Shown piece after piece: positions 8,234 through 16,275 of a stretch of DNA of 38,368 nt. The notes under the pieces are model-generated. The model saw only the letters and a program-made list of their open reading frames with translations. It was not told the DNA's origin and searched no databases. Made by a program: the position numbers and the translations under genes. The stretch's first letter is position 1. Every line of letters begins with the position of its first letter. The DNA lies in IMG/VR virus record IMGVR_UViG_3300032324_000298, positions 1 through 38,368 of that record; one strand, written 5' to 3'. The DNA is from a virus. Lineage: Duplodnaviria > Caudoviricetes.

Positions 8234-8536
8234 TTACTTTTGGACGTTAAAAGCAGCCAAGACATTATCGACGTGCTTCCAAGAGACGCCGAGCATATAT
8301 CCCTCAGCGTTGCCAAGGTCAAACAGAGTCGCGGCCTCTGCTCCTTTAAAGTTGAGCCAAGTCTGCGCCTGATCCACCGCTGACCGCGCTGAATGGTCAA
8401 AAGATAGGAATACGCGCTTATTATCCCAACGGGGCAAAGTAAGGGAAATTCGCGCTCCCTTATAGTTAGTAGGGCCGTGCCATTTAACCATAACGGCAAT
8501 TTGATGCTCGGTTTCTAATTGTGTGTTCGTGTTCAT
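8234..8536 (-). CDS. Conserved phage early hypothetical protein
   Basis: KWHGPTNYKGARI motif; AC-rich leader. Confidence 0.75.
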   Translation of the reverse strand: MNTNTQLETEHQIAVMVKWHGPTNYKGARISLTLPRWDNKRVFLSFDHSARSAVDQAQTWLNFKGAEAATLFDLGNAEGYMLGVSWKHVDNVLAAFNVQK

Positions 8537-8557
8537 TTTTTTGTGTGTTTCCTATCA

Positions 8558-8628
8558 GTTGAGAGGGCAAACGTGCCCCCTTTCAACGCCTTAACCCCGC
8601 CCCTCACGAATGAGGAGGCAGGGCAAGG
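8558..8628 (-). ncRNA. Tandem-hairpin structured RNA element
   Basis: Two imperfect stems separated by one nucleotide; the first has a TTCG loop. Confidence 0.45.
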
Positions 8629-8646
8629 GGGTTGGTTTGTGGGATG

Positions 8647-8847
8647 TTAAGCTTTGAATTCAGCAAGGGCGGAACGATAAGCCGTGTCTGCCTCGCTTGC
8701 GGCAATCCTAATTGATTCGGCAATATCGTGAGCCGATTTGCCATCACGGGCCATCCTATTTGAGGATAACCAAAGTTGCCGCAGGATTTCCGAGTGCATG
8801 AATAGAAAGCAAGTTGCCTCGATCGTTGGTTTGATTTTGTCGCTCAT
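8647..8847 (-). CDS. Hypothetical protein, first gene of the leftward arm
   Basis: Start MSDKIKPT follows a (CA)n leader. Confidence 0.6.
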   Translation of the reverse strand: MSDKIKPTIEATCFLFMHSEILRQLWLSSNRMARDGKSAHDIAESIRIAASEADTAYRSALAEFKA

Positions 8848-8896
8848 TTGTGTGTGTGTGTGTGTTGCCTTCGCGGAGTGCGTTGGCGATGTGGAG

Positions 8897-8925
8897 AGAG
8901 TGCGCGAGCGTTTGAGTAATAGCAA
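8897..8925 (-). promoter_or_regulatory. Candidate early leftward sigma70-like promoter
   Basis: TTGCTA-17 nt-CACTCT with upstream A/T tracts, about 50 nt before the first ATG. Confidence 0.4.
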
Positions 8926-9112
8926 GTCTTTTTGTGAAAAAAGAATAGCGAGAGACGTAAGTGAAGCAATGGCAAAGGGTTAAAATTCATTTCAGGCACT
9001 CAACTCGCGGCCCCTAATACCTCACACCGTAAGAACAGAGCAAACAGAGAGCAGGGAGCCCGCATAAAGGAAGAGAGCCAACGGCTAGGTGCAGTGGATA
9101 GCCTGCTCGCCT

Positions 9113-9160
9113 GCCTGAATCTCCGCCCGAATCACTGGCCCGAATCTTGGCTCCGAATCC
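9113..9160. repeat. Four (C/T)GAATC direct repeats, 12-13 bp period
   Basis: GAATC starts at 9117, 9129, 9142 and 9155. Confidence 0.7.
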
Positions 9161-9214
9161 ATTCCCTCCCCTATACGCCAACCCCCTCACGCGGTCGCAA
9201 ACCGCTCACCAGGT

Positions 9215-9372
9215 CGCTGAGATTCAGTCTCAATAAGCTATTTGCCTGAGACATCCTATGTCTTACCCATTGTTTTGGTGTGATAGGTGAGACAAGCTAT
9301 GTCTTACCCTATGTCCTGCCGCCGGATACCTGAGACATCCCTTGTCCCATACGCTAAGACTCAGTCTCAATA
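9215..9372. repeat. Array of five TRAGAY...GTCYYA palindromes (candidate packaging/origin protein-binding sites)
   Basis: Type A (3-nt spacer) at 9215-9235 and 9352-9372; type B (7-nt spacer) at 9247, 9288 and 9331. Confidence 0.8.
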
Positions 9373-9375
9373 GGA

Positions 9376-9410
9376 GGGGGGGAGGGGGTTTGGGCTTGGG
9401 GGGGGTGGGG
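9376..9410 (+). other. G-tract cluster, potential G-quadruplex
   Basis: G7-A-G5-TTT-G3-CTT-G8-T-G4. Confidence 0.7.
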
Positions 9411-9525
9411 TTATTGTAATTGGTCAGAAAGCCCCCATAAAAAAATATTGTAAATGGTCCTTCCTAAAAGGAGAGACGGGAAAACATAGTTGAAGAAGAC
9501 ATGGAAACATAGTTGAACAAATGTC

Positions 9526-9555
9526 TTGACAGAAATTTTGGGGGCTGGTTACAAT
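9526..9555 (+). promoter_or_regulatory. Sigma70-type promoter of the rightward arm
   Basis: TTGACA-18 nt-TACAAT; preceded by two copies of AAACATAGTTGAA (9482, 9505). Confidence 0.7.
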
Positions 9556-9572
9556 CCATACGCAAGCGTAAG

Positions 9573-9941
9573 ATGAATATCAACAGTAGTCCTTCCAACC
9601 GAAGCTTGTTAGCTTTAAGGCGAGGTGTGCTTATCGCCAAAGCTACTAAGGCAGAGCTTTACGTTAAAGACTTGCTTGATAGTATTGGTGAAGACTATTG
9701 CTTTCAGAAAGGCTTCTGCACGTCTAACAAGCATTTCATTGTTGATTTCTACTTTAAGCGTCGCAAGAAGTTGTGTCTTGAGGTAGATGGCGGCTATCAC
9801 GATGATAGTGAGCAAATGGCGTATGACAGTCGTAGAGACTACTTCCTATCAGCTATCCGTGGATTTCGCGTTAAACGTATCACGAACGATGTTGCGCTTG
9901 CCTTGGATAAACAATCGTTATTAGCATTGATCTCGCAATGA
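9573..9941 (+). CDS. DUF559/Vsr-like endonuclease
   Basis: FQK...IVDFY...LEVDGGYH...DSRRD...GFRVKRITN; start placed at the ATG after the promoter. Confidence 0.85.
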   Translation: MNINSSPSNRSLLALRRGVLIAKATKAELYVKDLLDSIGEDYCFQKGFCTSNKHFIVDFYFKRRKKLCLEVDGGYHDDSEQMAYDSRRDYFLSAIRGFRVKRITNDVALALDKQSLLALISQ

Positions 9942-9996
9942 GCCTATGTCTAGATTGTTTCAAGTATAAGTCGATTATGATCTATTTGTCTAAAGT

Positions 9997-10491
9997 ATGA
10001 GCCTAGAGAACATCAGCCCCGTTCTATTGTCCTCCCTAGTGGACAGTGATAGTCGCACCCTAGAGGCGCGGGAGCCGACGAAGGCTATGCTGTGCTTGGA
10101 GCAACTAGCAGAGGGGAATACGTGGGAGGAGATAGCTGAGGCTACGGGATTCTCGTTCAATCAGATTAGTAAGGTGAAGGCGCGGCATGAGGTGGCCATT
10201 GAGGTGAGAAGGAAGCAGTTGGCGGCTGATGGGTTTGAGATGGCAGAGGGGCTAAGGTTGTTGGCTAAACAGAAGCTAGAGATGCTGGCTAACAACCCAG
10301 ATGCTTTGGCTAAGGTGAACATTCGGGATTTGGTTCTTTCCTATGGGATAGCCGTAGATAAGGGTATGCAGGCTCTAGGGGAGAACAAGGTTGTCGTGGA
10401 GCACAAGGCTGGGAAGCCTAGCTTGGAGGATGCTATGAAGGCTATAGCTGATGCTAGGGCCGCGCTTCAGAAGGAGGCTGTTGATATATGA
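9997..10491 (+). CDS. terS: Terminase small subunit (putative)
   Basis: HTH (TWEEIAEATGFS), helical body, ATGA overlap with terL. Confidence 0.7.
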   Translation: MSLENISPVLLSSLVDSDSRTLEAREPTKAMLCLEQLAEGNTWEEIAEATGFSFNQISKVKARHEVAIEVRRKQLAADGFEMAEGLRLLAKQKLEMLANNPDALAKVNIRDLVLSYGIAVDKGMQALGENKVVVEHKAGKPSLEDAMKAIADARAALQKEAVDI

Positions 10492-12089
10492 TTTGGAGGA
10501 AACACGCCATTCTCGCGCCACCAACCAATGAGGAGATGGCGCAAATGCAGCCGGAAGTTCTGGCTAGTCTCTACGACATCTACCATCAGGCCATTGAGAA
10601 TAGTGTGCGTGATCCTTACAGGTATGGGTTCAAGCTCCCCCACTGGAAGAAGGCGGAGGAGTTGTTAGAGTCTTTTAATGAGATACTTGTGAGCGGCGGC
10701 AATAGATCGTCTAAGACTACGTGGGCAGCAACAGCCGTGGTAAAGGCTGCAATGGACAATCCGGGTAGTGTGATTATGTGCTTCGCGCAGAATGCAGACG
10801 TGTCTATCCGCCAGCAACAATGCGCCATTTACGATGCTCTCCCTGAAGAGCTTAGAAAGAAAACCCTTAGTGCGGAGGAGAACATTAGCTACACGCGGAA
10901 GAACGGATTCTCTAAGAGTAGTCTAATTCTGCCGGGGACTAGGAGCCACATCATCTTCAAAACCTATGCTCAATTTCTTAACAACGATACTATTCTGGAA
11001 GGTGCGGAGCTGGGCAGTCGTGAACCGGTATGGCTCAATATTGGGGCTTGGTGTGATGAATATCTTATTGGCCCTGAGCTACTACGCACTCTGCGTTTTC
11101 GATTGGCTACCCGTAACGCCAAGGTCATTGTTACGTTCACTCCGATTGACGGTTACACGGAGGTGGTTAGAGACTACCTTGAGAAAGCAAGAACTGTTGA
11201 AACCAAAACGGCGGAACTCCTCAATGACAGACCGGTTCCGTTTATTCAGCACGCTGCAAATGGAAACAGCGCAATCATTTATTTCCATTCAAAGGACAAT
11301 CCGTTTGGCGGTTATGATCGTATTGCTCAGGATTTACAGGGCAGGGGCGAGGAAGAAATTCTAACGCGAGCCTACGGGGTTCCAACCAAGAGTGCATCGA
11401 CTCGCTTCCCTATGTTCTCGCGGGAGGTTAATGTCATACCACATGACAAGATACCGCGTGATAACGTAACACGCTACATGATCTTAGACCCGGCTGGGCG
11501 CAAGAACTGGTTCATGTGCTGGATAGCCGTAGATGAAAGCGAAACCTACTACGTCTATCGTGAGTGGCCGGATGTTAATGTTGGAGACTGGGCCAAGTGG
11601 CATGGAGGTAAATGGATAGGAGGAGACGGCAGTAAGGGGCTTGGCTACGGCATTAAAAACTACGTTGACCTAATCATCAGGTCGGAGTCAGACGACAAGG
11701 AAGAGATACTAGATAGGCTCATTGACCCGCGCCTTGGCGCAGCCAAGTATCAATCACAGAACGGGGCAAGTTCTATAATTGAAGACTTGGCGGACAACGG
11801 ACTGACGTTCAATCCTGCCCCCGGTTTGGACATTGAGGACGGCATCCAAGCCATCCAAAGCAAGATGGCCTACAATCGTAAGGCGAAGATGGATAGCCTC
11901 AACCGACCACGCTTCTATGTTTCAGAAAATTGCCAGAACATCATCACTGCCCTTCAGGAATACACGGGAGACGGCGGAACAGATGAAGCATGGAAAGACC
12001 CGATAGACGTAATCCGCTATGCGTGCATTGACGGCATACGCTGGATGGATAAGACAATACAACAACCAAAACGAAGGAGCGGATACTAA
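10488..12089 (+). CDS. terL: Terminase large subunit
   Basis: Walker A GGNRSSKT, Walker B AWCDE, TFTP coupling motif, nuclease motifs ILDPAG and DPIDVIRY. Confidence 0.93.
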   Translation: MIWRKHAILAPPTNEEMAQMQPEVLASLYDIYHQAIENSVRDPYRYGFKLPHWKKAEELLESFNEILVSGGNRSSKTTWAATAVVKAAMDNPGSVIMCFAQNADVSIRQQQCAIYDALPEELRKKTLSAEENISYTRKNGFSKSSLILPGTRSHIIFKTYAQFLNNDTILEGAELGSREPVWLNIGAWCDEYLIGPELLRTLRFRLATRNAKVIVTFTPIDGYTEVVRDYLEKARTVETKTAELLNDRPVPFIQHAANGNSAIIYFHSKDNPFGGYDRIAQDLQGRGEEEILTRAYGVPTKSASTRFPMFSREVNVIPHDKIPRDNVTRYMILDPAGRKNWFMCWIAVDESETYYVYREWPDVNVGDWAKWHGGKWIGGDGSKGLGYGIKNYVDLIIRSESDDKEEILDRLIDPRLGAAKYQSQNGASSIIEDLADNGLTFNPAPGLDIEDGIQAIQSKMAYNRKAKMDSLNRPRFYVSENCQNIITALQEYTGDGGTDEAWKDPIDVIRYACIDGIRWMDKTIQQPKRRSGY

Positions 12090-12475
12090 TGGCTAAAGTA
12101 AAAATCATCACGCTGGCCGACAGGCTGGGCAAGACAGTTAACGAGCTGCTTAAAATTAAAGCTGCAAAACTAAAGGAGGGGTTGCACTACTCAGGATACG
12201 GAAAGAACACCTACCTCACCGAAGAAGCCGTAGAGTTAATTGAGCTATCGCTTGAGGCTCCGCTTGCTGTTCCAAACAAAATTAGGGCAACGGTGTTGAT
12301 GGAAGCCCGCAATCCACGATGGGTTTACGCAAAGCTAGAAGGGCACGAAGGTAAGGTGCCTGTTGCAATCCCTCGCAAACTCCGTGGTAAGCTGTTGGGC
12401 AAACGAATAAATGTTGACGCAATTACAGACTCATCCGGTGGAACTACCTATCGCCATGAAATGCTTGGAGATTGA
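12089..12475 (+). CDS. Hypothetical basic nucleic-acid-binding protein
   Basis: N-terminal HTH-like segment and C-terminal beta-rich segment. Confidence 0.7.
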   Translation: MAKVKIITLADRLGKTVNELLKIKAAKLKEGLHYSGYGKNTYLTEEAVELIELSLEAPLAVPNKIRATVLMEARNPRWVYAKLEGHEGKVPVAIPRKLRGKLLGKRINVDAITDSSGGTTYRHEMLGD

Positions 12476-12668
12476 TATTACATTGGACCGTAAGTGGCAG
12501 GACGAACAGATTGATCGTCTGTTGGGTTTTGAAATTTTGCAACGAACACTTCACGCTGAATACCAACCAATTGAAGCTGCTGTCCTAGCGGACAAGGTAG
12601 CAATTGATAAGGGTGCAGCCTACCGCATCATTCGCGCTATTGGACAAAATCTAAATGGAAAACGATAA
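12456..12668 (+). CDS. Hypothetical protein with C-terminal HTH-like motif
   Basis: LADKVAIDKGAAYRII; start uncertain. Confidence 0.55.
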   Translation: MKCLEIDITLDRKWQDEQIDRLLGFEILQRTLHAEYQPIEAAVLADKVAIDKGAAYRIIRAIGQNLNGKR

Positions 12669-14766
12669 TCAAGAAGCACTTATTTACGTTCAGGATAAGC
12701 CAAATGTTATGGCTATCCGTAATGCGTATGAACGCACTACCACTGACCTCAATTTTTATTTCGACCAGTGTGCTGATGCCTATGACAACCGGCGCAACTT
12801 GTGGTCGGGTAAGTCCGAAGACTTACGCAAGGGCGGAAGTGATGCCTTCCCTTGGAAGGGTGCATCCGATCAGGAGGCTCATGTCATTAACGAGCGCATC
12901 AATCGTTATGTGGCGATGTTCATGTCTTCACTTAACCGCGCTAACATTCGCGCCTATCCGGTTGAGTCTGGCGACATTGGCCGCGCCCGCGTTACAAGTG
13001 CGTTCCTAAAGTGGATGGTGGCTAATTACATTCCTCAGTTCAAACGGCAGATGGAACTTGGGGCCAACTACCTTCTTGAGCGTGGCATTATGATTACCTA
13101 TGTGGGCTGGCAAAAGGAAGACCGCATCTTCAAACAGAAGCTCACACTAGATCAGCTCCAACAGGTTAGTCCCGATTTGGTTAAGGCCATCTTGGAGAAA
13201 AAATCTGACGACCAACTGGTTGAGCTTTTGAAAGGTCAATTCAATGGAATGACCGACAAGAAAGCCAAACGTGCCCTAAACGATTTGCGTAAGACTGGCA
13301 ACGCAGAGTTCCCCATCATTCGGCGCAGCGTAGATTGCCCAATGGTTCAGGCCATTGCTCCAGATGGAGATGTTTTATTTCCGTCTTACACCACCGACCC
13401 ACAGAAAGTTCCCTATTGCTTCTGGCGCGTGTTGATGAGTGCCCAGCAGCTTAAAAATAAAATTGCAACAGAGGGTTGGGATGAGAGTTGGGTTGATTAT
13501 GTCATTGAAAATTGCGGCGAAGAAGGCGATCCAATCAACAACAATAACAACAACACCAATTTCACTTACAAATCCACGACGTATGACGCCAGTGAGTTGT
13601 TTGAAGTGATTTATTGCTACCAACGCTTAGTCGATGAGGACAACGCAGAGGGTATTTATTGCACCGTTTTCCATAGAAACGTAATTGGTAAACAAAATGT
13701 AGAGGATTATGCAAAGCATGAGCTTCTGAACGGCTACGAAGACTACCCGTTTGTTGTAACAAAGATTAGCGAGGACAACAAACGCCTCTACGATCTCCAA
13801 AGTTTTGCTGATTTGCTCAAGGGCATCCAGTGGCAAACAAAAGTTGAGCGCGATAGCCGCACGGACCGCAACTCGCTTGCTACTCTTCCGTGGATTGAGC
13901 ATCCAATGGGCTTCCCGCCTAGCGATATTCGTCCCGGTGGCCTCCTTCCCTATCGTCGCCAAGGTGAGATTCGTTACGGCCCAACGCCACAATACAATCC
14001 CGGCTCGGTGGAGATGGAAAACACCCTGCTTACGCAAGCCGACAAGCTAATTGGTTTGGATGTTGGCAATCCATTGTCCACAATTCAGCAACAGTATTTC
14101 GTGGATAAGTTCCTGACTCACGTTAAGGACGTTCTCCGCCTGTCATATAAGTGCTATCAACGGTTTGGACCAGATCAAGTGTTCTTCCGCGTAACAGGCG
14201 TTTCCGACCCACAGAAGTTTAGCAAGGGCGACCCTAACGAGAACTTTGACATCATCATCAACTACGACGTTTTGCATAACGACCCAGACAACGTGGAGAC
14301 ACAGCTTGGTCAGTTTGTCCAATTGATGCAGCTTGATAGAAATGGCCGAATTGACGTTGATGCCTTGCTTGAAATTAGCGGCTCAGCCATCAATCCTGTC
14401 ATTGCGGACGCTATCCTGCGTCCACGCGAGCAAGCTCAAGAGCAAGTGGTCAAACAGGTCACAGATGACTTGTCTAAGATTTACGCTGGCATTGAGGTGG
14501 GCGCACGTCCTAATGGTGCTCAAATTGCTATGCAGGTTCTTCAGCAATACAGCCAGCAGCCTGACGTTATGCAGCGTTTACAGCAGGATAAGGCATTTGC
14601 GGCACGCTTCCAAAAGTATGCCCAGCAATACCAGTTCCAAATGCAGCAAACTCAGAACGCTGAGATTGGTCGCATTGGCACAGCTCCCGCCGAAATGGGT
14701 GGAATGCAAACACAAGGTATGCAGCAAGCTCCAGCAGGTATGGCCCCCGGCCCACAACAATACTAA
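12655..14766 (+). CDS. Portal protein
   Basis: 703 aa, follows terL, Q-rich C-terminal tail typical of P22/SU10-like portals. Confidence 0.85.
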   Translation: MENDNQEALIYVQDKPNVMAIRNAYERTTTDLNFYFDQCADAYDNRRNLWSGKSEDLRKGGSDAFPWKGASDQEAHVINERINRYVAMFMSSLNRANIRAYPVESGDIGRARVTSAFLKWMVANYIPQFKRQMELGANYLLERGIMITYVGWQKEDRIFKQKLTLDQLQQVSPDLVKAILEKKSDDQLVELLKGQFNGMTDKKAKRALNDLRKTGNAEFPIIRRSVDCPMVQAIAPDGDVLFPSYTTDPQKVPYCFWRVLMSAQQLKNKIATEGWDESWVDYVIENCGEEGDPINNNNNNTNFTYKSTTYDASELFEVIYCYQRLVDEDNAEGIYCTVFHRNVIGKQNVEDYAKHELLNGYEDYPFVVTKISEDNKRLYDLQSFADLLKGIQWQTKVERDSRTDRNSLATLPWIEHPMGFPPSDIRPGGLLPYRRQGEIRYGPTPQYNPGSVEMENTLLTQADKLIGLDVGNPLSTIQQQYFVDKFLTHVKDVLRLSYKCYQRFGPDQVFFRVTGVSDPQKFSKGDPNENFDIIINYDVLHNDPDNVETQLGQFVQLMQLDRNGRIDVDALLEISGSAINPVIADAILRPREQAQEQVVKQVTDDLSKIYAGIEVGARPNGAQIAMQVLQQYSQQPDVMQRLQQDKAFAARFQKYAQQYQFQMQQTQNAEIGRIGTAPAEMGGMQTQGMQQAPAGMAPGPQQY

Positions 14767-14769
14767 TTC

Positions 14770-14982
14770 ATGGACATTAAAAAACTAGAACATCTTTCGC
14801 ACAACGAAACCTTTGTTGATTTTCTTGAAGAAATTCACAGCACACGCGAAGCCCTCATTCAACAGCTTCATGACGTAAGTGCTGATAGGATTCAGCAGAT
14901 TAGCGGACGTATTCTCCAATGCGACGAAATCCTCGTAGCTGGTGGCTTCAACACCATCCAGCTGCGACGGATGGGGAGATAG
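14770..14982 (+). CDS. Small hypothetical head-module protein
   Basis: 70-aa helical ORF in the usual portal-scaffold slot. Confidence 0.7.
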   Translation: MDIKKLEHLSHNETFVDFLEEIHSTREALIQQLHDVSADRIQQISGRILQCDEILVAGGFNTIQLRRMGR

Positions 14983-15057
14983 TGGAGCCCCCGATAGGGA
15001 TTGAACCTACGACAGCCAGTTTACAAAACTGGTGCTCTACCACTGAGCTACAAGGGC
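14983..15057 (-). tRNA. trnT: tRNA-Thr(UGU)
   Basis: GCCCTTGTAGCTCAGTGGTAGAGCACCAGTTTTGTAAACTGGCTGTCGTAGGTTCAATCCCTATCGGGGGCTCCA folds as a cloverleaf with anticodon TGT and encoded CCA. Confidence 0.95.
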
Positions 15058-15104
15058 GTTTAATGTTTCTCTATGCCTAGCCGTAAAATAGCAAACAAAA
15101 ACCT

Positions 15105-15113
15105 TGCTATGAT
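15105..15113 (+). promoter_or_regulatory. Extended -10 promoter candidate for scaffold/capsid genes
   Basis: TGcTATGAT 46 nt before the scaffold ATG. Confidence 0.5.
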
Positions 15114-15159
15114 GCTAGCACGCAATCGCTGTGGCGTAAAGTCAGCGGAAAACAATAAT

Positions 15160-16263
15160 ATGTCTAATGTCGCACCGTCCGCCGCTGGGGACGATAAACC
15201 AACAGTGAGTAATGATAAGTCTAACATCACGATGAACGAATATGCTGTTCGTCGTTTGGGTGAGCTTAAAGCCAAGCCTCCGGCTCCTGTAACACAGAAG
15301 CAAGAGATTGTCGAAGAGCCCACTATTAAGGCCGCGCCAGCGGAAGAGGGAGATACTGAATCGCCAGACCCACAGGAAGGTGGCGAAGCTCAGGATTCAA
15401 CCAACACCAAAGGCAAAGATGTTCTTTCACAACTTGACCTAACGGAATTGTCAGATGATGACATTGCCGAGCTTGCTCAAAAGGGTAAATCTGGTCTGCT
15501 TAAACGCATTGCGGAACTTACGGCCAAACGAAAAATGGCTGAGGAACGCATGGCGCAAATGGAGTCCTATCTCCAACAGCAGAGCAATAAAACCGCCCTT
15601 GAGCCAAAGGTTGAGAACAACCCCTACGAACACATCAAAACTGCGGACGAACTCAGTAAACAATCTGAGCAAGTTAACGAAGTTATTGAGTGGGCTGAGG
15701 ATGTTCTTGATAAAGCTGAGACTCTTGGATACGAGGATATTGCCGCCAGTGTAGATGGCAAAGACCTTACCAAAGCTGAAGTAAAAGATCATTTGCGTCG
15801 TGCCAGAAAAGCACGGGACAAATATCTTCCTGCCCAGCAAAAAGAGTTGAATGCCAAGGAACAGCGCAAGTCGCTACGTTTCGCCTTTCAGAACCAAGCT
15901 ACAAGAGAGTTGGATTGGCTGTCTTCGCAAGAAGACAACGATGTTCGTCGCCAATACCAAGCAATGATGTCCGACCCACGCCTCAAAAACATTGAGGATG
16001 TGATGCCGGAAATTGCTCCGCAACTCCCATACCTGTTGGCGCACGCCGCTAACTCGTTGTATGGCCGAAAACTCATCAGTCTTGATAAACCCGGTCACAA
16101 GGTCAATCCGCCCGGTAGTCCCGATCTATATGCCGCACCTAATGAGCGGCCAGTAGTGAAGGGTGAAAAGGCGGTGAAAGATGCCCGAACGCGCCTTATG
16201 GACTCAGGAAGCATAGGCGACTATATTGCCTTCCGCACCCTTCAAAAAACTAAACGCAAGTAA
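15160..16263 (+). CDS. Capsid scaffolding protein
   Basis: Acidic disordered N-terminus, coiled coil (KRIAELTAKRK), immediately upstream of the major capsid gene. Confidence 0.8.
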   Translation: MSNVAPSAAGDDKPTVSNDKSNITMNEYAVRRLGELKAKPPAPVTQKQEIVEEPTIKAAPAEEGDTESPDPQEGGEAQDSTNTKGKDVLSQLDLTELSDDDIAELAQKGKSGLLKRIAELTAKRKMAEERMAQMESYLQQQSNKTALEPKVENNPYEHIKTADELSKQSEQVNEVIEWAEDVLDKAETLGYEDIAASVDGKDLTKAEVKDHLRRARKARDKYLPAQQKELNAKEQRKSLRFAFQNQATRELDWLSSQEDNDVRRQYQAMMSDPRLKNIEDVMPEIAPQLPYLLAHAANSLYGRKLISLDKPGHKVNPPGSPDLYAAPNERPVVKGEKAVKDARTRLMDSGSIGDYIAFRTLQKTKRK

Positions 16264-16275
16264 ACTTTTAATAAT

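Noticed and set aside
9215-9372. Mini-CRISPR array
   Set aside because: Units are short, degenerate and of two types with irregular gaps; there are no cas genes. The Cas4-like nuclease is a typical phage recombination exonuclease.
9513-9572. N-terminal extensions given by the ORF track (also 15073, 22071, 23132, 27494)
   Set aside because: They overlap promoters or upstream genes; downstream ATGs with better context were used.
14983-15057. attP site and temperate lifestyle
   Set aside because: No integrase, excisionase or clear repressor was recognised.
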